Assembly (NCBI GenBank): GCA_964464955.1
Contig: CAYXHN010000001.1
Span: forward strand, 1 to 26,579
Source: an uncultured Methanosarcinales archaeon
GTDB lineage: Archaea > Nanobdellota > Nanobdellia > Woesearchaeales > WJKL01
Reading direction: 5' to 3'
DNA length: 26,579 bases
Shown here piece after piece: positions 17,423 to 24,835 of this stretch; the first letter of the stretch is position 1, and each line of letters begins with the position of its first letter. The notes under the pieces were generated by a model that worked only from the letters and a program-made list of their open reading frames with translations, was not told where the DNA came from and ran no database searches. A program made the translations under genes and the position numbers.

Positions 17423-17879
17423 TTTGTATATCCAAAATTAGGTTTGCTTCTGTCAGTTGGTTGTTATAAAAAACCCTTACAGGGATGTCAGGCATCCTTT
17501 TTTCTAATGTGCCTTTCCAGTTTTTTGTCTTGAGTGTTTCTTTTTTGTCTAGATATTCAAGAGTCAATGAAAATGCTGGCTGGTCTGAATCTTCTGCTAC
17601 AGCATAACATTTATCTAATGCTGGCTGGTTGAAGTTCCTTATATCTATAGTATGGGGGATTGTCCTTGCCCCATCATGATAGTTAAAGCAGGAGGATGTG
17701 AATCTTTTTGAGATGACATACCTTTCTAAGCCTTCTGGAATCTCTGCTGTATTTACTGTAAATGAACTTAGGATGTAGATGAATAATATGAACAGAGCTA
17801 CAACTACAAATCCGAAGATAGCGTAAAATGGTGCTGTGTCTCCTGCGTAAAATGCTTTTTTGTCCATCTTAAATCTCAT
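17415..17879 (-). CDS. Class III signal-peptide (pilin-like) protein
   Basis: MDKKA/FYAGDTAPFYAIFGFVVVALFILFIYIL. Confidence 0.72.
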   Translation of the reverse strand: MRFKMDKKAFYAGDTAPFYAIFGFVVVALFILFIYILSSFTVNTAEIPEGLERYVISKRFTSSCFNYHDGARTIPHTIDIRNFNQPALDKCYAVAEDSDQPAFSLTLEYLDKKETLKTKNWKGTLEKRMPDIPVRVFYNNQLTEANLILDIQNV

Positions 17880-18669
17880 TTACTGCTTTTGAAACTGCCT
17901 TGTGTATTTCTGACTTTCTAAGCTCTTCTCCAATCTTTATGCTTATTCCTGCGTTTGCTTCTGAAAGAGGATATTCCTCTGAAATTGAAGTGTGGATTGA
18001 TACTCTTTTATCTGATAATTGGTTTTGTATAAGGCAGGCAAGTCTTCTTGAGTTTGTGTTTGGAAGTAATCTTAATTCCAGTCTGATACCTTCTGCAGCC
18101 TCTTTTTTGAGATGTATCAATAATCCTGTTTCTTCAGGATATTCTTTTACCTCTGCACTATCTATGGATGCTGCTAATGCATCTGAAAGGTCTGAGATAG
18201 GTGTTATGATTATATTTCCTATCCTTCCTGCTCTTTCAGGGCATTCCTGCTTGTTTAGTTCTGATTTAAGTTCTTCTGAAACTATGATAGAATCTCCTGA
18301 TTTTTGGAGATAAAGCGAAGAAGGCCTTACAAATTCATAGTCTAAATTTTGAGGTTGCTTTTTTACAAAAAGATAGCTGCCGAAAGTTGGATCTGCTGCA
18401 TAAGAATATGCTTTTATCTTGTTTTCTTTTATGTCAATATAAAAATCTGAAGTGTTCAAAGGAAATTTAAGATAAGCATTTCCGGGCATTGTGTTCAATG
18501 CATCTAAAGTAAGAGCTGTATCCCTTGTTAGCTGTATCTTCTCAAATACTTCTCCTGTTCCGAATTGTATTCCAGCATAATAGAATATAAAGAATATGGT
18601 TATCCCTGCAACTATCTCTATAAACGGCTTTAAGGTCAATTGTCCTCTTTTTTTTAGGATGGGTTTCAT
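17869..18669 (-). CDS. Class III signal-peptide (pilin-like) protein
   Basis: LKKRG/QLTLKPFIEIVAGITIFFIFYY, a canonical archaeal cleavage motif. Confidence 0.8.
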   Translation of the reverse strand: MKPILKKRGQLTLKPFIEIVAGITIFFIFYYAGIQFGTGEVFEKIQLTRDTALTLDALNTMPGNAYLKFPLNTSDFYIDIKENKIKAYSYAADPTFGSYLFVKKQPQNLDYEFVRPSSLYLQKSGDSIIVSEELKSELNKQECPERAGRIGNIIITPISDLSDALAASIDSAEVKEYPEETGLLIHLKKEAAEGIRLELRLLPNTNSRRLACLIQNQLSDKRVSIHTSISEEYPLSEANAGISIKIGEELRKSEIHKAVSKAVNEI

Positions 18670-18682
18670 AAACTCTTTGATT

Positions 18683-19576
18683 TCAGCAGGTTATACTCTG
18701 ATCAGGGTCAGATTCGCATCCTGAAAGTCCCTCATAACAATATTGGTTTTCTGTGCATAATTCAGGGAGTCTTCTTTCCTGAAGACTTCCAAATGTATTG
18801 CATATACATGGGGAGTTTTCTACAATACATGAACTGTCCACCCGACAGACAGGATTCTCCTTAAGCTCTTCAAGCTTTTCAGGATCTACCCAATAATAAG
18901 GAAAGCAAGGGGGATCTCTGAAGCATGCCGCAACTTTAGAATCTTTTTTTTCTAAGTAGATTGAAACAGTACGGGAAGATGTTCCTGGAAATTTAATTCT
19001 TTGTGAAGAACCCCTGTAATATATAAATCCCCCCCGAAGAGTATATATGTCTTTTAATTCAGGATTTCCCGGGGGGTGCCATCCTGAAAGACTTGGATAG
19101 TAAACCTTAAAATCCTCTGAGTCTATTGAATCTATAAAATCTATTGAATTGAAAGAATTGCAGATTATCTCTTCGCAAACATGTTCATTTTCTACATTAT
19201 GGGGACCATCCATCTCTGCATTTTCCCATCCATCTCTGCAAAGGCAGAGGCATGCCTTGCCTTTTTCGCATTGTGCTGGTCTATAAAAATAACTTTCAAA
19301 GGGATTTTGTCTGGATGAGTGTATAAGTTTTATGAAATCTGCTCCTGAATTAAGACCTATCAGAGCTGTGTTTTCGTCTATTATAAGGGGCTTAGCAATT
19401 ATCGGTTCATCTTGTTCTTTTATTGAGTTGACCAGTTCATAATAGGAGTCTAAAGAAGTATCGCTAAGCCTGAAAAAAGATCTTCCTATCATCACTGCTG
19501 CAGACACAAATAATATTGCAATCACTAGTCTTACTAAAAATTCATACATTATGGCTTTTTTTGAATTTTTTAACAT
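18683..19576 (-). CDS. Class III signal-peptide Cys-rich surface protein
   Basis: NSKKA/IMYEFLVRLVIAILFVSAAV; many Cys in the soluble region. Confidence 0.8.
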   Translation of the reverse strand: MLKNSKKAIMYEFLVRLVIAILFVSAAVMIGRSFFRLSDTSLDSYYELVNSIKEQDEPIIAKPLIIDENTALIGLNSGADFIKLIHSSRQNPFESYFYRPAQCEKGKACLCLCRDGWENAEMDGPHNVENEHVCEEIICNSFNSIDFIDSIDSEDFKVYYPSLSGWHPPGNPELKDIYTLRGGFIYYRGSSQRIKFPGTSSRTVSIYLEKKDSKVAACFRDPPCFPYYWVDPEKLEELKENPVCRVDSSCIVENSPCICNTFGSLQERRLPELCTENQYCYEGLSGCESDPDQSITC

Positions 19577-19586
19577 GGTAGTTTAT

Positions 19587-19952
19587 TCATTTTGCGTAGG
19601 CTTTTTGCATATTTTTTGGACACTCTTTTACATTTTTCTTATAATTTTGTGTGAAGGTCATACTGTCCTTATTAGGACATCCGTCAAACTGCTCTTCTCC
19701 AAACAAGCATGGACACCTGTCAAACATATTTACTATACCATCTCCATCATAATCTCCTAAAGAATCTATCTGTCCCTCTATCTGCTCTTTTTGTTTTCCA
19801 AAGAGACCTGTAAATGCTGCTATTATAATAAATGCTGTAACCAAAAGGATCATCGCTACAATCATATACTGCATCGGCAGTGCTGCTTTTTTTGAATTTC
19901 TTAGAGAAATTCCAAGCCGACAAAAACTTTCAGTTTTTGTAGTTTTATCCAT
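19587..19952 (-). CDS. Short pilin-like protein with one thrombospondin type-3 (Ca-binding) repeat
   Basis: ATG 19952 follows a GAGGTGA RBS; NSKKA/ALPMQYMIVAMILLV; DYDGDGIVNMFDRCPCLFGEEQFDGCP. Confidence 0.8.
   Translation of the reverse strand: MDKTTKTESFCRLGISLRNSKKAALPMQYMIVAMILLVTAFIIIAAFTGLFGKQKEQIEGQIDSLGDYDGDGIVNMFDRCPCLFGEEQFDGCPNKDSMTFTQNYKKNVKECPKNMQKAYAK
19884..19952 (-). repeat. In-frame 68-bp palindrome-containing N-terminal module, copy A
   Basis: 56/68 nt ungapped identity to 22668-22735; contains hairpin GAATTTCT-TAG-AGAAATTC. Confidence 0.8.
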
Positions 19953-19994
19953 TAATATCACCTCTATAGAAAGTTATGATTAAAGGTATATAAA
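19953..19994 (-). promoter_or_regulatory. Internal promoter and RBS of the pilin-array sub-operon
   Basis: TTTATATA at 19994-19987 and GAGGTGA just before ATG 19952. Confidence 0.6.
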
Positions 19995-20007
19995 TATTTG
20001 GATAGAT

Positions 20008-20949
20008 TTATGGTTGAGAACCAGCATTTATTGTGCAGTATGGGAGTTTATTGCTTCTTATGATTTGAGGTATACATGCATCATCTAGTCCCTTTTCTGA
20101 AGGGTTGCATCCAAGCCATCCATCAAAAGTGGGGATAAAGCAGATATGGTTTTCATCTGCATTATATAACATTCCTCCATCTTCAAGATCTGATTCTAAA
20201 GGAAACCCTAAGATGCTGCTACCTTTTATTGATGGCTCATCGTAGTCTGTGCCTTCCCATTCTAAAATTAGATAATCAAAATCATTGTATGTATAAGCTG
20301 TATCGCAAGGGATTGTGCAGCTTGTGTTTTCTTTGATTATGCAATCTTCATCTTCTACTGGGCTGCATTTTTCTACTTCCTCGCAATTATTTGAATTTTC
20401 ATCTGAATTTTTACAAAGCTTATAAGTATAAGGGCTGCAATCCTGGCACAGGGTATTTTTCTCTAAAAAAAGATTATAGAAAGCATATGCTGGTTTCCAC
20501 AATTCTCGTTTGTCAGATATGGCTCCTTCTCCTGCAACTGCACAAGGAAACAATTCTTCTATAAATTCTCTATTGAGTTCTGTTCCTTTTTGATCTATCA
20601 ATTTTATCAGGGTGCCTCCTGATGTAGATAATAGTTCTATATGGTTATTGCCTATATCTCCTACACCTTCATAATTTATTATGCAAGGGCCTTTGTTTCC
20701 TTTGTATTTTTTAAATGATTCCACTAAATTTGAACTGAATGTTTTTTCTGCTTGTTCTGAGACCACTGTTTTTGAAGTTAATTCATCCTCTTGCTGTCCA
20801 GGGAGGAATGTTTCGAATATCTTTGCTTTTTCTGCAACCCTGTTTAGGAATCCAGAAGGTGCAAAGAATACCCCTATAATCAAAAGCGCTGTGATTATCA
20901 AGATAATATATACAATCAATTTCTGCATTGTCAGTGCTTTCTTGTTCAT
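20008..20949 (-). CDS. Class III signal-peptide Cys-rich surface protein
   Basis: Start moved to ATG 20949 (ATGA overlap): MNKKA/LTMQKLIVYIILIITALLIIGVFF; Cys-rich central insert. Confidence 0.8.
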   Translation of the reverse strand: MNKKALTMQKLIVYIILIITALLIIGVFFAPSGFLNRVAEKAKIFETFLPGQQEDELTSKTVVSEQAEKTFSSNLVESFKKYKGNKGPCIINYEGVGDIGNNHIELLSTSGGTLIKLIDQKGTELNREFIEELFPCAVAGEGAISDKRELWKPAYAFYNLFLEKNTLCQDCSPYTYKLCKNSDENSNNCEEVEKCSPVEDEDCIIKENTSCTIPCDTAYTYNDFDYLILEWEGTDYDEPSIKGSSILGFPLESDLEDGGMLYNADENHICFIPTFDGWLGCNPSEKGLDDACIPQIIRSNKLPYCTINAGSQP

Positions 20950-21086
20950 CTTAAATATGTGTTTATGATTGAGATTATAGATGACCTTAATCCTGAATAC
21001 CAAAATATTGCCCAAATGAAAAAGAGCATAACTATGATTATCACGATTATAGTCTTCATAGATAAGTCAGCTTTTTTTGTTTTCAT
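20946..21086 (-). CDS. 46-aa mini-pilin (not in the ORF track)
   Basis: Hand translation MKTKKA/DLSMKTIIVIIIVMLFFIWAIFWYSGLRSSIISIINTYLR; GGAGG RBS; ATGA overlaps with both neighbours. Confidence 0.85.
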   Translation of the reverse strand: MKTKKADLSMKTIIVIIIVMLFFIWAIFWYSGLRSSIISIINTYLR

Positions 21087-22069
21087 TGTCCTCCTGCTCC
21101 TGTCTGCACTTCACAAACTGTATCGACTGAATCAAGATTAGTTATCATTATAGAGCTTGTCCTATAACGGGGTTCTGCTTCTGGGAGTATTAGTTCTGCC
21201 AATTCCACTAATTGGGGTTTTGTTATTCCTATAAAAGTTATGGAATATATATCTTGATTATTGTAATTTCCTAAATATATATAATTTGCACCAGTTCCTT
21301 TATATTTTGTGATATAATCTATATATGAAAAATAATTTTCATCTTCAATGCAGCAGACATAATTGCTGTCTGAGCATGTCCATTCTGGATGATCATACCT
21401 TTCTTCATCCACTCCACAAACAGGCCTGCAATGACCTCCTTTATTCAGGCATTTGTCTTTTTTGTTTTCTGCAACATAGCATTCTTTATTTTGTTTTCTG
21501 CATTTTTGTTCCTGGGTTTCTCTCACTTCTTTAGTAAATGGGTCTACTGGTTCTTCTTGGCAATACCCTCCTCCAAGAGGGTAGCATTTATCTGAAGAAT
21601 CCCTTACTATATATGGTGTTTTGCCCATATGTTTGTCTAATTCTGTTCCTGAAAATTCAATATCTTTTTTTAATGAAAAGGTGTAGCAGACAAAACAGGG
21701 ATCACTCCAAACTTTGATTAAGTGCTTGTCAAGAGCTTCTGGAGATATCCCTTCCAGCCACATCCACCAGCACTTTGCTGAGAGGTCTGCTATGTTTTCC
21801 ATTGCACCCTCTTTTGTCTGGGGATAACCGTCTCCTGGGACTTCCTTGTGGATAGTCTTACATGCGTTTGGAACTACTTTGCCCACTGTGGGGAGATCTG
21901 GAGACTTTATCCTTGCTGCGTTAAAGCTCCTGCAAAGTGATTCTGATGCTTTTTCAGGGGCTTTTGCAAACAACATACTGAAAAGACCGCCTATTATAAC
22001 TAAAGCCAGTGTCAACAAAGATATCTTTATGATTGTTTCCATAAAAAGGAATCCTTTTTTATGGAACAT
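21083..22069 (-). CDS. Class III signal-peptide protein with Cys-rich (beta-defensin-like spacing) modules
   Basis: HKKG/FLFMETIIKISLLTLALVII (Glu at +5); CLNKGGHCRPVC-x13-C-x6-CC. Confidence 0.8.
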   Translation of the reverse strand: MFHKKGFLFMETIIKISLLTLALVIIGGLFSMLFAKAPEKASESLCRSFNAARIKSPDLPTVGKVVPNACKTIHKEVPGDGYPQTKEGAMENIADLSAKCWWMWLEGISPEALDKHLIKVWSDPCFVCYTFSLKKDIEFSGTELDKHMGKTPYIVRDSSDKCYPLGGGYCQEEPVDPFTKEVRETQEQKCRKQNKECYVAENKKDKCLNKGGHCRPVCGVDEERYDHPEWTCSDSNYVCCIEDENYFSYIDYITKYKGTGANYIYLGNYNNQDIYSITFIGITKPQLVELAELILPEAEPRYRTSSIMITNLDSVDTVCEVQTGAGGQ

Positions 22070-22187
22070 TTTCAGCCAACCTCTTCACGACTACAAACAA
22101 GAAGAATCCAAGGATCAAAGCAAGAAGTATCATGACTAAAAACTTGTATGTCATTGCTTTTTTGTAAAATCCTCTTTTTTGCATCAT
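22059..22187 (-). CDS. 42-aa mini-pilin (not in the ORF track)
   Basis: Hand translation MMQKRGFYKKA/MTYKFLVMILLALILGFFLFVVVKRLAENVP; TTTATATA at 22217-22210; 11-nt overlap with the next gene. Confidence 0.8.
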   Translation of the reverse strand: MMQKRGFYKKAMTYKFLVMILLALILGFFLFVVVKRLAENVP

Positions 22188-22257
22188 ATCAGGAATATAA
22201 CTATAGGGATATATAAATCTTATGATAACAAAAATTTGCTAATCATTATTGCCTGTT

Positions 22258-22387
22258 CTATCTCTGCACTAAAGTAAGAGATATTACAGACTCGCACTAT
22301 AGCTGACAAATTTTTGGAATTGAAAATTTTACCATAAATGAGAGGATATTGAACCTCTGAAAATTCCCTGCTGAAAGTTTCAATAAA
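22258..22387. repeat. Dispersed repeat, copy 3 (with 28-nt insertion)
   Basis: Same arms as copy 2; extra segment bounded by a GCACTA duplication (22266-22271 and 22294-22299). Confidence 0.9.
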
Positions 22388-22405
22388 AAAAATAAAAAAA
22401 AGAAA

Positions 22406-22735
22406 CTAATCTTTAGGAACGCAACATTTCATTCCTGGGTGTGAAGGTGCGTCTTTTGCTCCTAATACTGCTCTTTCAGTTTCTCCGCATTCTTCTTTCC
22501 ACGTACCCTGATCTCCGGAAGGAGAAGTGAATTCTGAACAGGTCTGTGTTACATCATCAACCTGGCCTCCGAATCCTGAAAAATAGCCTGTAAATATTGC
22601 AATAACCACCACTAAAACAACTAAAGCTATAGCTGCGATTATTATAGTGTTAACAGAAATTCCCTGGGCTTTTTTTGAATTTTTTGAAAAAATTCCAAGC
22701 CTGCAAAAATTTTTGATTTTTGAATTTTTATCCAT
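22406..22735 (-). CDS. Short pilin-like protein, major-pilin candidate
   Basis: NSKKA/QGISVNTIIIAAIALVVLVVVIAIFTG; own TTTATATA (22788-22781) and GAGGTGA RBS; four-Cys C-terminus ending KCCVP. Confidence 0.82.
   Translation of the reverse strand: MDKNSKIKNFCRLGIFSKNSKKAQGISVNTIIIAAIALVVLVVVIAIFTGYFSGFGGQVDDVTQTCSEFTSPSGDQGTWKEECGETERAVLGAKDAPSHPGMKCCVPKD
22668..22735 (-). repeat. In-frame 68-bp palindrome-containing N-terminal module, copy B
   Basis: Hairpin GAATTTTT-TGA-AAAAATTC plus perfect palindrome CAAAAATTTTTG; encodes MDKNSKIKNFCRLGIFSKNSKKA. Confidence 0.8.
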
Positions 22736-22838
22736 TTAGTTCACCTCGTTTTTTGTTATTATAGTTATTTTGTTTGTGCATATATAAACTTTTTGATAAT
22801 TTTAAGTTGATTTTTTGTTGTTTATGATATCAGCTTAA

Positions 22839-23327
22839 TTAACTGCATATATCTAATCTTATGTTCAAAACTCCTGCATCTGTAGGGATAGAGCAGCATG
22901 GAGAAGAGGATGTCTTCTCTCCTGTGCATACGCCCCTGGTTACATGAAGTGGATCAAACTCTTCATCAAGTTTTGCTGACAACTCAAAGTCTTTGTTTAA
23001 AGGAATAAGTGTTTTGTTCAATAATATGGTCATTGTTTCATTTGCATATTCGCAGGAATATACGCCTTCGCAAGAGATTATCCCCTCTCCACCTTCATCA
23101 TTTGCACAGTCCTGAAGAAGCTGGGTTATTTCAAGGCCTCTGCAGTCAGTTGTTGTCTGTAATGCTGCTCTTAAAAGATTAGAAGCAAGTTCTTTATGGG
23201 TATAATCCTGCTTCAAGGTTGCAGATTCTTTCTGAGCTATTATGAATAACGCAAATAAGATAGCTAATGAGAAAAGTATGACTATTATGACCAATCCTAT
23301 TATCTCTGTCTGGGATCTTTTTTTCAT
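22839..23327 (-). CDS. Class III signal-peptide (pilin-like) protein
   Basis: MKKRS/QTEIIGLVIIVILFSLAILFALFII; several Cys. Confidence 0.78.
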   Translation of the reverse strand: MKKRSQTEIIGLVIIVILFSLAILFALFIIAQKESATLKQDYTHKELASNLLRAALQTTTDCRGLEITQLLQDCANDEGGEGIISCEGVYSCEYANETMTILLNKTLIPLNKDFELSAKLDEEFDPLHVTRGVCTGEKTSSSPCCSIPTDAGVLNIRLDICS

Positions 23328-23797
23328 TCTTGAAGGTAGGTTCTTACATATATCATTCCTAGATTTTTCCTGTTCTCTACTGGATCATATATCAAAGTTG
23401 GAACAGGAGTGAGAAAGCTGCTTTCTCCTCTTGGAAGGTCATAGATAACCCAACCTTCCTCTTTTGGGTATGTTTGGTTGATGGTTATCTTGCTGTTCCC
23501 GAATAAAGTGAAGTAATAAGCTGTATTCTCATTTATAGTCTTGTTTGCTCCGTCTATCTTATACAGATCTATATATCCTTTTGGATCATTGTTGAAAGTG
23601 TATTCAAGTTCAGGAAGATGTGATGCCACCTGTGCTATCTCGACTGCTTTCAGGACTGACTGCTCTCTTTGCTCTGCTCTTGTTGAAGCAGAATGTATAC
23701 GTGCATAAAACATAAAACCTATTCCCAGAAGGAAAAAGAAGACTACTAATATCGCGATTGTCTCAAACATCTTTACCTGGGCTTTTGTAGTTTTCAT
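23324..23797 (-). CDS. Class III signal-peptide (pilin-like) protein
   Basis: MKTTKA/QVKMFETIAILVVFFFLLGIGFMFY. Confidence 0.8.
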   Translation of the reverse strand: MKTTKAQVKMFETIAILVVFFFLLGIGFMFYARIHSASTRAEQREQSVLKAVEIAQVASHLPELEYTFNNDPKGYIDLYKIDGANKTINENTAYYFTLFGNSKITINQTYPKEEGWVIYDLPRGESSFLTPVPTLIYDPVENRKNLGMIYVRTYLQE

Positions 23798-23860
23798 GTT
23801 AATATGTCATAAATCCAATGTGTTGAATTTCTGGAATACTGAAAAAAGATTATTATCTTT

Positions 23861-24835
23861 TTAGTATATTAAGGGGCAGGATTGTTTTAATAGTCTTTGA
23901 TTGTCTTCTGATATTTTGCCTGAAAAAGTATTTATTTGTGCACATAAAGATATATCAGTGCATGTTTGAAGGTGATCGGATAATGCTTCTGTATTTTTAT
24001 TGTAAAAAAAACTGCAACCGTGATCGATAGCATCAAAATATTCAGAAAGATCTGATTCTTTTCTTGCATAGATAGATGCAATAAGTTTATATTTTTCAAG
24101 AAGCTTGTTCATATTGCAGTCATAAGATTCTTTGTCTTCAGAGAATATTGCTCCCAAGGTTGTTGAAGTGTCTATTGTTGTTGAAGTTTCTTCATCTCCA
24201 TTTGAAGCATAGAAAGTTACTTTTGAATCTGAGATTGAGACTGCTGTTATCTTATCTGCATCTAATTGAGAGTATAATGCTGTTGGATTGCCATCAAAGC
24301 TTACTATTCTTTCCTGATCATGACCTTCTGAACTAAGACTGCAAGAGGAAACGCTAGTACATTTGTATTTTTCAATCTCATCTGGAATCATATCATAAAT
24401 ATCCTCATTACCTATTATTATATACCTAACAGTAGGAGAGGTAAGATAGAAAAGATTAGTTACCTTGAAAGGCTTGTTGAATGATTGTGTCCAGGTTATG
24501 AGTTTCTGGCTTTCTATCTCTGAAGGAGCAAAAATTATCTTTGTAGGAGTAGGCTTTCTTGTATTGCCTATTGAATAATATGATTCTTCTCCGTCACAGA
24601 CAAACTGCATTGCAGCAGGAGAGGTTATATCTATCTCATTGAGTGCCTGCTCTTCAAGCTGTGCTCCTGAGAGTATTGGATCCAATTGTTTTAGCAGGGT
24701 TGCTGAAAGCCTTGTCTCTGAAACATCCTTCTGCTTATAGACTATGCCTATAAAGAAAAGCAGGATTATGGCTCCTGCAATAAGTATAAATATCCAAGAG
24801 AACTGTATAGAAACCTGTGATTTTCTTACTGCCAT
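23861..24835 (-). CDS. Class III signal-peptide (pilin-like) protein
   Basis: MAVRKS/QVSIQFSWIFILIAGAIILLFFIGIV. Confidence 0.8.
   Translation of the reverse strand: MAVRKSQVSIQFSWIFILIAGAIILLFFIGIVYKQKDVSETRLSATLLKQLDPILSGAQLEEQALNEIDITSPAAMQFVCDGEESYYSIGNTRKPTPTKIIFAPSEIESQKLITWTQSFNKPFKVTNLFYLTSPTVRYIIIGNEDIYDMIPDEIEKYKCTSVSSCSLSSEGHDQERIVSFDGNPTALYSQLDADKITAVSISDSKVTFYASNGDEETSTTIDTSTTLGAIFSEDKESYDCNMNKLLEKYKLIASIYARKESDLSEYFDAIDHGCSFFYNKNTEALSDHLQTCTDISLCAQINTFSGKISEDNQRLLKQSCPLIY

Noticed and set aside
16899-21015. Longer starts in the ORF track (16997, 19961, 21015; likewise 7038, 8516, 8557, 9948, 13488)
   Set aside because: Downstream ATGs fit ATGA overlaps, RBS spacing, TATA distance or signal-peptide position better.
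17900-24336. Plus-strand ORFs within the pilin array (17900-18313, 20681-20968, 21846-22139, 24148-24336 and others)
   Set aside because: Antisense shadows of tightly packed minus-strand genes.
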